Below, piece by piece: positions 52,187 through 64,000 of a DNA stretch of 64,000 nucleotides (positions are counted from its first letter, which is position 1; each line of letters opens with the position of its first letter). The notes below the pieces were generated by a model. That model searched no databases and had not been told where the DNA came from. It was given only the letters and a program-made list of their open reading frames with translations. The translations under genes were made by a program, and so were the position numbers. This DNA is from Eledone cirrhosa (lineage: Eukaryota). Where the stretch lies: positions 76,012,001-76,076,000 of the forward strand of contig OZ024745.1 in the NCBI GenBank assembly GCA_964016885.1, written 5' to 3'.

Positions 52187-52324
52187 ACAGGAGGCTGGAC
52201 TGGTGTAAATCCTTGAAAGGTTTATTATACTATGATCATTTCAATGACCGGGATGGAACCTGGTCAATGAAATGATCATAGTATAATAAACCTTTCAAGG
52301 ATTTACACCAGTCCAACCTCCTGT
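52187..52324. repeat. Near-perfect 138-bp fold-back centred next to a hammerhead 3' half
   Basis: Arms are reverse complements. GAAATGATCATA at 52269-52280, followed by AATAAA. Confidence 0.85.
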
Positions 52325-52330
52325 TATTTC

Positions 52331-52367
<37 letters not shown>

Positions 52368-52796
52368 AACGATCGACTTTCGTCAAATCGGACCGAGGGA
52401 ACAATGTTTTCGTTGGTCTTTCCAATTTCTAATACTATCTATCGGTCGCAACTCCAGGTAGAAGGAGCAACGTGAAATAAAGTGTCTTGCTCAAGGACAT
52501 AACGCATCGCCTGGTCCAGGAATCGATATATATGTATATATATATACATACAAATTTATATGTGTATATGTGTATTTATACAAATATATATATGTATGTG
52601 TGTGTGTATTTTCATTAATCTTTCTCTCCCCTCTCTTTCTCCTGTCACCATCGTTTAACGTCTATCTTCCACGCTAGTATGTGTTAGATGGGTTTGTACC
52701 ATTTAGAGTTTAGAGGGAAGTTGGGTTGGGTGACCGTGTCTCGCTCATATACGACTGTTCCTGGCTGTTTTTCTAATTGCTGGATGCCCTTTCTAA

Positions 52797-53016
<220 letters not shown>

Positions 53017-53144
53017 ATGAATGTATATATAGTGTATTTTGCAATACACTGTATGCTTAATTAATAGCATTTTGAAGACCTTACGCTATTGTTTTAAAGT
53101 AGTCACTATGTCACTTACTTCTTTTTTCAGCAAACAAAGGGAGA

Positions 53145-53192
53145 TAAGCTGACAGATCTCTGTTTCGTACTTTTAGTACTCCTCAGAGCTTA
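53145..53192 (-). ncRNA. Canonical type-I hammerhead ribozyme
   Basis: UAAGCU-CUGAGGA-GUAC UAAAA GUAC-GAAACAGA GA UCUGUC^AGCUUA. Confidence 0.88.
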
Positions 53193-53520
53193 CAACTCCC
53201 TTTGCCTGCTGAAAATTATGAATGTTGGATTCTTATAGAATTCCAGTAATAATCAGGAACTTTAAAATTAAAAGAAGTAAGTGACATAGTTACTACTTTA
53301 AAACAATAGCGTAAGGTCTTCAAAATGCTTTTAATTAAGCATACAGTGTATTGCAAAATACACTATATATACATTCATATAAATATCGCTATTTCAGAGC
53401 ACCAATTCTAATTTTCAACTTTTGCTGGATCGGCAACCGCTCTGTATAATCAGTTCCTGATTATTACTGGAATTCTATAAGAATCCAACATTCATAATTT
53501 TCAGCAGGCAAAGAGAGTAG

Positions 53521-53568
53521 TAAGCTCTGAGGAGTACCAAAAGTACGAAACAGAGATCTGTCAGCTTA
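53521..53568 (+). ncRNA. Canonical type-I hammerhead ribozyme
   Basis: UAAGCU-CUGAGGA-GUAC CAAAA GUAC-GAAACAGA GA UCUGUC^AGCUUA. Stem I extends beyond an internal loop. Confidence 0.88.
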
Positions 53569-53789
53569 TCTCCCTTCGTTTGCTAAAAAAAGAAGTAAGT
53601 GACATAGTCACTACTTTAAAACAATAGCGTAAGGTCTTCAAAATGCTTTTAATTAAGCATCACCCCTTCCATTTGCACAGAATGAAGCATACATCTACTA
53701 TGTGCCACTTTCCCCTCCATCACCCCTTTCATACACCTCCCACGTTGTAACACCCCGCCCCTAGATCTACCACCCCAATCTGCATGCTT

Positions 53790-54250
53790 CCCCCAGTCCA
53801 CACTGTAAAGTGGTCGTTTTGGTGCAACGGGAAAAAGCACCCACCCCACACTGTAAAGTGGTTATGTAAGCATCATGACAAAACGCCCCGAGCCTACACT
53901 GTAAAGTGGTCGTGTAGGTGTCATGACAAAAAGTGCCCAGCCCACACTGTAAAGTGATTATGTAGGTGTCATGACAAAAATCACCCAGCGCACAATGTAA
54001 AGTGGTCGTGTATGTATCATGACAAAAAGCACCCAGCCCATTCTGTAAAGTGGTTGTGTAGTTGACATGAAAAATGTACCCAGTACACACTGTAAATGTT
54101 GTTGGCATCCAGCCATAGAAACCAAACCAAAATCAGTTCTGTATAAGTAAGACATGGTCACCTGATTTGGCTTGTATCACAATGGGACAACTCATCTAAC
54201 CCATGCTAGCTTGGAAAATGGACATTAAACAGATGATGATGTTGATGATG
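53790..54250 (+). mobile_element. Non-autonomous RTE derivative with about 6 tandem ~48-bp monomers and an RTE 3' tail
   Basis: Repeated CACACTGTAAAGTGGTCGTGTAGGTGTCATGACAAAAAGCACCC, then CCCATGCTAGC..GGAAAATGGACATTAAA-(GAT)n. Relatives at 13600-13960 and 48890-49240. Confidence 0.75.
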
Positions 54251-54370
54251 ACTGATATATATGTCTACTTACATACATATATATTACCATAAATAGTGAC
54301 AGAATTTATAGAAAAAATAATTTTTTAATTCACTAATTCCTTGATTATAAAATTCTATGTAAAGATGCGT

Positions 54371-57300
54371 GATTGTACACCTTGACCTCTTTCCTTTTGT
54401 CATTCAGGCCATTGCCATATTTTATCATTGTAAATCTTGACCTCTTTCCTCTTGTCATTCAGGCCATTGCCATATTTTATGATTGTCAACCTTGACCTCT
54501 TTCCTCATGTCATTCAGGCCATTGCCATATTTTATCATTGTAAACCTTGACCTCTTTCCTCTTGTCATTCAGGCCATTGCCATATTTTATCATTGTAAAC
54601 CTTGACCTCTTTCCTCTTGTCATTCAGGCCATTGCCATATTTTATGATTGTAAACCTTGACCTCTTTCCTCATGTCATTCAGGCCATTGCCATATTTTAT
54701 CATTGTAAACCTTGACCTCTTTCCTCTTGTCATTCAGGTCATTGCCATATTTTATCATTGTAAACCTTGATCTCTTTCCTCTTGTCATTCAGGCCATTGC
54801 CATATTTTATGATTGTAAACCTTGACCTCTTTCCTCTTGTCTTTCAGGCCATTGCCATATTTTATCATTGTAAACCTTGACCTCTTTCCTCTTGTCATTC
54901 AGGCCATTGCCATATTTTATCATTGTAAACCTTGACCTCTTTCCTCTTGTCATTCAGGCCATTGCCATATTTTATGATTGTAAACCTTGACCTCTTTCCT
55001 CTTGTCATTCAGGCCATTGCTATATTTTATCATTGTAAACCTTGACCTCTTTCCTCTTGTCATTCAGGCCATTGCCATATTTTATCATTGTAAACCTTGA
55101 CCTCTTTCCTCTTGTCATTCAAGCCATTGCCATATTTTATCATTGTAAACCTTGACCTCTTTCCTCTTGTCATTCAGGCCATTGCCATATTTTATGATTG
55201 TAAACCTTGACCTCTTTCCTCTTGTCATTCAGGCCATTGCCATATTTTATCATTGTAAACCTTGACCTCTTTCCTCTTGTCATTCAGGCCATTGCTATAT
55301 TTTATCATTGTAAACCTTGACCTCTTTCCTCTTGTCATTCAGGCCATTGCTATATTTTATCATTGTAAACCTTGACCTCTTTCCTCTTGTCATTCAGGCC
55401 ATTGCCATATTTTATCATTGTAAACCTTGATTTCTTTCCTCTTGTCATTCAGGCCATTGTCATATTTTATGATTGTAAACCTTGACCTCTTTCCTCTTGT
55501 CATTCAGGCCATTGCCATATTTTATGATTGTAAACCTTGATCTCTTTCCTCTTGTCATTCAGGCCATTGCCATATTTTATCATTGTAAACCTTGACCTCT
55601 TTCCTCTTGTCATTCAGGCCATTGCCATATTTTATGATTGTAAACCTTGACCTCTTTCCTCTTGTCATTCAGGCCATTGCCATATTTTATGATTGTAAAC
55701 CTTGACCTCTTTCCTCTTGTCATTCAGGCCAATGCTATATTTTATCATTGTAAACCTTGACCTCTTTCCTCTTGTCATTCAGGCCATTGCTATATTTTAT
55801 CATTGTAAACCTTGACCTCTTTTCTCTTGTCATTCAGGCCATTGCCATATTTTATCATTGTAAACCTTGATCTCTTTCCTCTTGTCATTCAGGCCATTGT
55901 CATATTTTATGATTGTAAACCTTGACCTCTTTCCTCTTGTCATTCAGGCCATTGCCATATTTTATGATTGTAAACCTTGATCTCTTTCCTCTTGTCATTC
56001 AGGCCATTGCCATATTTTATCATTGTAAACCTTGACCTCTTTCCTCTTGTCATTCAGGCCATTGCCATATTTTATCATTGTAAACCTTGACCTCTTTCCT
56101 CTTGTCATTCAGGCCATTGCCATATTTTATGATTGTAAACCTTGACCTCTTTCCTCTTGTCATTCAGGCCATTGCCGTATTTTATCACTGTAAACCTTGA
56201 CCTCTTTCCTCTTGTCATTCAGGCCATTGCCATATTTTATGATTGTAAACCTTGATCTCTTTCCTCTTGTCATTCAGGCCATTGCCATATTTTATCATTG
56301 TAAACCTTGACCTCTTTCCTCTTGTCATTGAGGCCATTGCCATATTTTATTATTGTAAACCTTGACCTCTTTCCTCTTGTCATTCAGGCCATTGTCATAT
56401 TTTATCATTGTACACATTGACCTCTTTCCTCTTGTCATTCAGGCCATTGCCATATTTTATGATTGTAAACCTTGATCTCTTTCCTCTTGTCATTCAGGCC
56501 ATTGCCATATTTTATCATTGTAAACCTTGACCTCTTTCCTCTTGTCATTCAGGCCATTGCCATATTTTATCATTGTAAACCTTGACCTCTTTCCTCTTGT
56601 CATTCAGGCCATTGCCATATTTTATTATTGTAAACCTTGACCTCTTTCCTCTTGTCATTAAGGCCATTGCCATATTTTATCATTGTACACCTTGACCTCT
56701 TTCCTCTTGTCATTCAGGCCATTGCCATATTTTATGATTGTAAACCTTGACCTCTTTCCTCTTGTCATTCAGGCCATTGCCATATTTTATCATTGTAAAC
56801 CTTGACCTCTTTCCTCTTGTCATTCAGGCCATTGCCATATTTTATCATTGTAAACCTTGACCTCTTTCCTCTTGTCATTCAGGCCATTGCCATATTTTAT
56901 TATTGTAAACCTTGACCTCTTTCCTCTTGTCATTAAGGCCATTGCCATATTTTATCATTGTAAACCTTGACCTCTTTCCTCTTGTCATTCAGGCCATTGC
57001 CATATTTTATCATTGTAAACCTTGATCTCTTTCCTCTTGTCATTCAGGCCATTGCCATATTTTATGATTGTAAACCTTGACCTCTTTCCTCTTGTCATTC
57101 AGGCCATTGCCGTATTTTATCATTGTAAACCTTGACCTCTTTCCTCTTGTCATTCAGGCCATTGCCATATTTTATGATTGTAAACCTTGACCTCTTTCCT
57201 CTTGTCATTCAGGCCATTGCCATATTTTATTATTGTAAACCTTGACCTCTTTCCTCTTGTCATTCAGGCCATTGCCATATTTTATCATTGTACACCTTGA

Positions 57301-59375
57301 CCTCTTTCCTCTTGTCATTCAGGCCATTGCCATATTTTATTATTGTAAACCTTGACCTCTTTCCTCTTGTCATTCAGGCCATTGCCATATTTTATCATTG
57401 TAAACCTTGACCTCTTTCCTCTTGTCATTCAGGCCATTGCCATATTTTATTATTGTAAACCTTGACCTCTTTCCTCTTGTCATTCAGGCCATTGCCATAT
57501 TTTATGATTGTAAACCTTGATCTCTTTCCTCTTGTCATTCAGGCCATTGCCATATTTTATCATTGTAAACCTTGACTCCTTTCCTCTTGTCATTCAGGCC
57601 ATTGCCATATTTTATCATTGTAAACCTTGACCTCTTTCCTCTTGTCATTCAGGCCATTGCCATATTTTATCATTGTAAACCTTGACCTCTTTCCTCTTGT
57701 CATTCAGGCCATTGCCATATTTTATCATTGTAAACCTTGACCTCTTTCCTCTTGTCATTCAGGCCATTGCCATATTTTATTATTGTAAACCTTGACCTCT
57801 TTCCTCTTGTCATTAAGGCCATTGCCATATTTTATGATTGTAAACCTTGATCTCTCTCCTCATGTCATTCAGGCCATTGCCATATTTTATCATTGTAAAC
57901 CTTGACCTCTTTCGTCTTGTCATTCAGGCCATTGCCATATTTTATGATTGTAAACCTTGATCTCTTTCCTCTTGTCATTCAGGCCATTGCCATATTTTAT
58001 CATTGTAAACCTTGACCCTTTTCCTCTTGTCATTCAGGCCATTGCCATATTTTATCATTGTAAACCTTGACCTCTTTCCTCATGTCATTCAGGCCATTGC
58101 CATATTTTATGATTGTAAACCTTGACCTCTTTCCTCTTGTCATTCAGGCCATTGCCATATTTTATCATTGTAAACCTTGACCTCTTTCCTCTTGTCATTC
58201 AGGCCATTGCCATATTTTATCATTGTAAACCTTGACCTCTTTCCTCTTGTCATTCAGGCCATTGCCATATTTTATCATTGTACACCTTGACCTCTTTCCT
58301 CTTGTCATTCAGGCCATTGCCATATTTTATGATTGTAAACCTTGACCTCTTTCCTCTTGTCATTCAGGCCATTGCCATATTTTATCATTGTACACCTTGA
58401 CCTCTTTCCTCTTGTCATTCAGGTCATTGCCATATTTTATCATTGTAAACCTTGACCTCTTTCCTCTTGTCATTCAGGCCATTGCCATATTTTATTATTG
58501 TAAACCTTGATCTCTTTCCTCTTGTCATTCAGGCCATTGCCATATTTTATCATTGTAAACCTTGACCTCTTTCCTCTTGTCATTCAGGCCATTGCCATAT
58601 TTTATCATTGTAAACCGTGACCTCTTTCCTCTTGTCATTCAGGCCATTACCATATTTTATCATTGTAAACCTTGACCTCTTTCCTCTTGTCATTCAGGCC
58701 ATTGCCGTATTTTATCTTTGTAAACCTTGACCTCTTTCCTCTTGTCATTCAGGCCATTGTCATATTTTATCATTGTACACCTTGACCCCTTTCCTCTTGT
58801 CATTCAGGCCATTGCCATATTTTATCATTGTAAACCTTGATCTCTTTCCTCTTGTCATTCAGGCCATTGCCATATTTTATCATTGTAAACCTTGACCCCT
58901 TTCCTCTTGTCATTCAGGCCATTGCCATATTTTATCATTGTAAACCTTGACCTCTTTCCTCTTGTCATACAGGCCATTGCCATATTTTATCATTGTAAAC
59001 CTTGACCTCTTTCCTCTTGTCATTCAGGCCATTGCCATATTTTATGATTGTAAACCTTGACCTCTTTCCTCTTGTCATTCAGGCCATTGCCATATTTTAT
59101 CATTGTAAACCTTGACCTCTTTCCTCTTGTCATTCAGGCCATTGCCATATTTTATCATTGTACACCTTGATCTCTTTCCTCTTGTCATTCAGGCCATTGC
59201 CATATTTTATGATTGTAAACCTTGACCTCTTTCCTCTTGTCATTCAGGCCATTGCCATATTTTATCATTGTACACCTTGATCTCTTTCCTCTTGTCATTC
59301 AGGCCATTGCCATATTTTATGATTGTAAACCTTGATCTCTTTCCTCTTGTCATTCAGGCCATTGCCATATTTTAT
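54371..59375. repeat. 55-bp satellite, about 91 copies (CATTGTAAACCTTGACCTCTTTCCTCTTGTCATTCAGGCCATTGCCATATTTTAT)
   Basis: Uninterrupted head-to-tail array with only substitution variants seen. Confidence 0.98.
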
Positions 59376-60434
59376 TTTACATTCATTTAAACCAATTACA
59401 ACATTTTTCTCATATATATATATTCTTTCATCAATATCAAACTACCTCAGGCATACTTGGACCCTGTACTGCCGAGCGCCTCTGCAAGAATGGAAAATCA
59501 GCAGACCGTCTGGGGTGGTTGTTGCAGCGGGTGTTGCTGGACATTGTCTGCGAGAATGCTTTTGCGGTCTTGTCCATGGGGCGCAGCAGTGTTGGAATTG
59601 CGCCCTAGGCTTAGATCTCATTACCCCCTCCCCTTCCCATTCTTCTGTGACCCTAGAGCCCTTGCCTTTTCATTCCTCTTCCATTTTCATAACCACAAAA
59701 GACACTTGCATTTTAAAAACATTTTATGAGGGACTAAATCGTGTTGATGTTGTTCAGTCTAAGTCTCAATCTATATATCTTTGGACTGCTGTCGAGATTC
59801 ATGTTTTTTGTTCTTGTCTGAATATAGATATATTGGTGAATATACATAAATAGGTAGCTAGAGATAGACAGATATGTAAACAGATAAATAAACAGATAGG
59901 TTAATAGATAAAGTGGTAGATAGACAGATTTGTAGGTAGATAGATAAACATTTAGGCCCAGAGTCATCACCTTCTCCCCATCCCCTTCCTTTTTTTCTGT
60001 GGCCCAAGAGTCCTTGCTTTTCCCCTCCTTTTCCTCTCATTTATGGCTTTTATAGTCATTACCTCTACTTTCCCACATAGCCATATCTATTCTATACTCC
60101 TTTGTAATGTTATTTATACAATTGTAAATAAAGCTTAAATAGGTAGATGGATAGATAGACAGACAAACAGACAGATAGATAGACACACGGATAGAGAAAT
60201 AGATAGACAACCAGACAGGCAGATACCTAGACAATCAGTTATATAGATTGATGGTAGGTAGAGAGACAGTTGGCTCATTAGCTAGCTAGATAGATAGAGG
60301 TTGTTTCTATTGCCTGAAGGTAAGATAGATGCATAGGTAGCTAGCTATAGGTAACTGCTGTTCTATTACCGGCTAAATCAGTGTGACAAATCGGTTGTCA
60401 CCTGGTCAAGCTTTTATTATTATTATAGGTTTTA

Positions 60435-60632
60435 GGGCGGTGGATTGGCAGTATTGGTAGAGGGTCGGATGCCATGCTTTGATGTATAGAGTTACGGTCC
60501 TTGCCATTCTGAGTTCAAATCCCGCCGAGGATAACTTTGCCTTTCATCCTTACAGGGTCGATAAAATAAAGTACCAGTAATGCACTGGGTATTTGCTGGC
60601 CTTGTGCCTAACGTAGAACCAATTATTATTAT
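60435..60632 (+). mobile_element. SINE family 2, full-length copy
   Basis: GGCGGTGGATTGGCAG head, B box, core and (ATT)n tail. Confidence 0.85.
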
Positions 60633-60637
60633 AGGTT

Positions 60638-60982
60638 TCATCATCATCATCATCATTTCATTTTACGTCCACTTTTCCCTGCTTGCAAGAGTGGGACGGG
60701 AACTGATTCTGGCTTGATTTCTACAGCTGGATGCCCTTCCTAACACCAACCTCATTTACAGTGAGTGCTGGGTGCTTTTTTGCCGTGGCACCTCCACGAC
60801 CACTTTGCAGTGGAATGATAGGGACCTCAGTCCTATCATCTCATTTCTACAGCTGAGTAAACTGGAGCAATGTGAAATAAAGTGTCTTGCTCAAGGAAAC
60901 AACATATCACCCGGTCTGAGAATTGAACTCACAACCTTTCGATTGCAAGCCCAATGCTCTAACTACTAAGCCAGGTGCCTCC
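60638..60982 (-). mobile_element. SINE family 1 copy
   Basis: Reverse complement of family 1. Confidence 0.9.
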
Positions 60983-61352
60983 GATATATATATATATATA
61001 TATCAGGGGCGAAGGGTGCGTGCAATGCAACGCATGCAGTGCATGTGTTAGAGAATCTTGAGTTGATGATCAATTGTGTCGGTTGAAACAAGCAGAATTT
61101 TGGCTGCTTGCTAAATCGTAGACACATAAAAAGATAACACACACACTAGATAACACTACATGCGGTTTTGACCGAGAGGGTCATTTTGAGGGAATTGGGG
61201 GGGGGGGGGGTAAGGCTGCACAGCCTCACTTTCCGCCATGGCGATTGGACTGCATGCCCTGCATTCCAGGTTATCCTTCGCCACTGATAACCTTCTCCGC
61301 TGTGACCAGCGGTGCCGATTGGCGCCCAACAGACTGGTCGGTCAAGATCAAG

Positions 61353-61387
<35 letters not shown>

Positions 61388-61395
61388 ACACACAC

Positions 61396-61443
<48 letters not shown>

Positions 61444-61660
61444 GGAGGTAAGTTTTATTGTAGCACTATAAAGCAATGCAAATATCGGATAAGTAGCACT
61501 CAACAGTTTTTGAAATGCACATAATAAAATACATGGAACTTTTTTAACCATCTTTTAATTTCTTCTTATATATATATATATGTATACATACATATATATA
61601 TATACATTTATATACATATATATATACATACATTTATATACATATATATATACATACATT

Positions 61661-61693
<33 letters not shown>

Positions 61694-61734
61694 ATACATT
61701 TATATACATATATATACATACATTTATATACATA

Positions 61735-61955
61735 GCACCTGGCTTAGTAGTTAGAGCATTGGGCTTGCAATCGAAAGGTTGTGAGTTCAATTCTCAGACC
61801 GGGTGATGTGTTGTTTCCTTGAGCAAGACACTTTATTTCACATTGCTCCAGTTTACTCAGCTGTAGAAATGAGATGATAGGACTGAGGTCCCTATCATTC
61901 CACTGCAAAGTGGTCGTGGAGGTGCCACGGCAAAAAAGCACCCAGCACTCACTGT
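61735..61955 (+). mobile_element. SINE family 1, 3'-truncated copy
   Basis: Head and body only. Confidence 0.88.
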
Positions 61956-62510
61956 TAATTCCTTTAATTCCTTAATTCTATCGTATTCTCAAAACAAAAC
62001 AAAATCCTTCCCTTCTGCTTCTTATAAATTCCTTTAAATATATTATGCTACTTCGAAAACTCAAAAATCCCGCTTCTACACCCAGACCCCCTCCCTCTAC
62101 TTCACGAGGGCCTGCGGTCAGCCACCCCAATACCTACATCCATCTCTCTCTCTCTCTCTCTCTCCCCCTCCCCCTCTCTCTCTCTTAGCTACATATATAT
62201 ATATATAAGATAAAAACTCCCCTTCAAGTTTACTCACTTTCGCCAATTCATTTGCTGTCCCTACTATCATGTAATCGTAACGTACACATTTTTCTATCTA
62301 CTCCACGCTTCAATTTCGTACCTAGTCCAAACATCTAATCTTGCAAAATCCGAAATGTAGCGAACGTTTTCCTAGAGCAAATCTGTATTTTTTGTTATTT
62401 ATGTTAAATACGGGAGTTTTTGTCGTATTGAACAGAACAAATCTTGTATTTTTGTTTTTTGTTAATCGCTTGTTAAACAATCCTAACCTTCCAGCTAGCT
62501 ACCCAACACC

Positions 62511-62748
62511 CCACCCCTCCCTCCCGCCCGCCACCACACACCCCTCCCTCCCGCCCGCCACCACACACCCCTCCCTCCCGCCCGCCACCACACACCCCTC
62601 CCTCCCTCCCGCCACCACACACCCCTCCCTCCCTCCCGCCACCACACCCCTCCCTCCCGCCACCACACACCCCTCCCTCCCGCCACCACACACCCCTCCC
62701 TCCCGCCCGCCACCACACATCCCTCCCGCCCGCCACCACACACCCCTC
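62511..62748. repeat. C-rich ~27-bp minisatellite, about 9 units (CCACCACACACCCCTCCCTCCCGCCCG)
   Basis: Directly visible; the minus strand has four G-runs per unit. Confidence 0.9.
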
Positions 62749-62829
62749 CAGCACCATTGTTATTACGCGGACCAATCATAAGCCAGAGGCCTATACTATC
62801 GCTTGCCCGGTTGCCTTTCGATATATGAT

Positions 62830-64000
62830 GGATGGATGGATGGACTGCGGAATCCTGGAGAGTGGAAGGGAGAGAAAAATCTGGACGCTCAACGAAAATG
62901 CGAAAGTTAAAGACAAATTCACCTCGTGGACGAGAATGCGAGCACTCCTCTTTGTTTCGACCGCGGACGGCTAACATAACCCCATCTCCCCCCACCCCCA
63001 CCGCCCCCACCCTCCAAACGCAATCCAAAACTTCAGAGTTGGTACCATAAATGTAGGCACCCTAAAGGGTCACGCTAACGAGGTTGTAGAAATGCTTGAA
63101 CGTAAGGAGGTCAATGTTTGTTGTATTCAAGAGACCAGGTGGAGGGGTGGGTCTGCTAGATTCATTGAGGGTAAAAAACGATGTTATAAGCTTTTCTGGG
63201 TGGGAAACGACGATGGGCTGGGTTGAGTAGGAATCATGGTAGCAGAAAAGTGGGCAGATAAGATAATAGACGTAAATAGAGTGAACGACAGAATAATTAA
63301 AATACGACTTGTCCTCAATAGAACTACGGTGACAGTAATATCTGCGTACGCACCCCAATCCGGACTGCCCGGCACTATAAAAGACAGATTCTATGAGACA
63401 CTGATGCTCACTACCTCCCAAATATCCGACAGTGACTATATAATTATTGCAGGCGACCTAAATGGTCACGTTGGACAACATTGTGACGGCTACGACGAAA
63501 TCCATGGAGGCTATGGGTTTGGTACTAGAAATGAGGAAGGCTCCAGAATCCTGGAATTCTGTGACGCAAATAACCTAACTATCTGTAACACTAACTTCAA
63601 AAAACGTGACAATCACCTGATCACCTATAAATCCGGGGAACACACAAGCCAGGTAGATTATATCCTTACCAGAAGACGTGACAGAGTGTCTGTTGTAAAC
63701 ACTAAATCCCTCCCCCATGAAGAATGCACCTCCCAACATAGACTGATAATTAGCGACCTCATAGTCAGGACGAGACGTACTCGACAGCAGAAAAGGACTA
63801 TCCTCAGGAGAAAAATATGGAAGCTAAATGACCCCACAGCCAGAAATAAATTTCAAAGCATATTGATGCTTTCGACAGTAAGGAAGAGCATTTAGAGTCG
63901 GACAATATAGAGGGACAGTGGGAATTTCTGAAAGCAAACCTGCTGATGGCGACAGACGAAGTCTGTGGCTGGAGCAGGCCTGTAGGCAGGAGGAGAGTAA
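62830..64000 (+). mobile_element. RTE family A LINE, 5' part (APE domain), running off the window
   Basis: FRVGTINVGTLKG..CIQETRW, a stop at 63224-26, then ORF 63236-63895 nearly identical to the 19343-21994 protein. Frameshift near 63865. Confidence 0.93.

Noticed and set aside
54371-59375. Satellite as a repetitive protein-coding exon or CRISPR array
   Set aside because: A 55-bp unit shifts frame each copy and hits stops; there are no spacers.

Overview
AT-rich, repeat-saturated animal genomic DNA, not prokaryotic. The SINE and RTE families and the very dense (TA)n microsatellites suggest an octopus or other cephalopod; this is an inference. Only one host exon is recognisable: the first conserved coding exon of a KCNQ1-type voltage-gated K+ channel (48339-48421, +). 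Everything downstream is probably its intron. The rest is transposable-element material: RTE-clade LINEs (one near-intact full-length copy), Tx1, R4/Dong and Penelope-like relics, mariner, pogo and hAT relics, three tRNA-derived SINE families, a 31-bp minisatellite inside a hAT MITE, and a 5-kb 55-bp satellite. The most interesting signal is a set of unrelated non-coding elements that carry type-I hammerhead ribozyme motifs. Most sit in or next to (TA)n and are built as head-to-head fold-backs. Two of them (593-nt and 318-nt monomers) are longer-than-unit, circularly permuted repeats with one ribozyme per monomer, which is the architecture of circRNA-producing retrozymes. One of these has a compensatory U3-A8 catalytic core. 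All calls come from reading the sequence by eye; no searches or folding programs were run, and many element boundaries are approximate.
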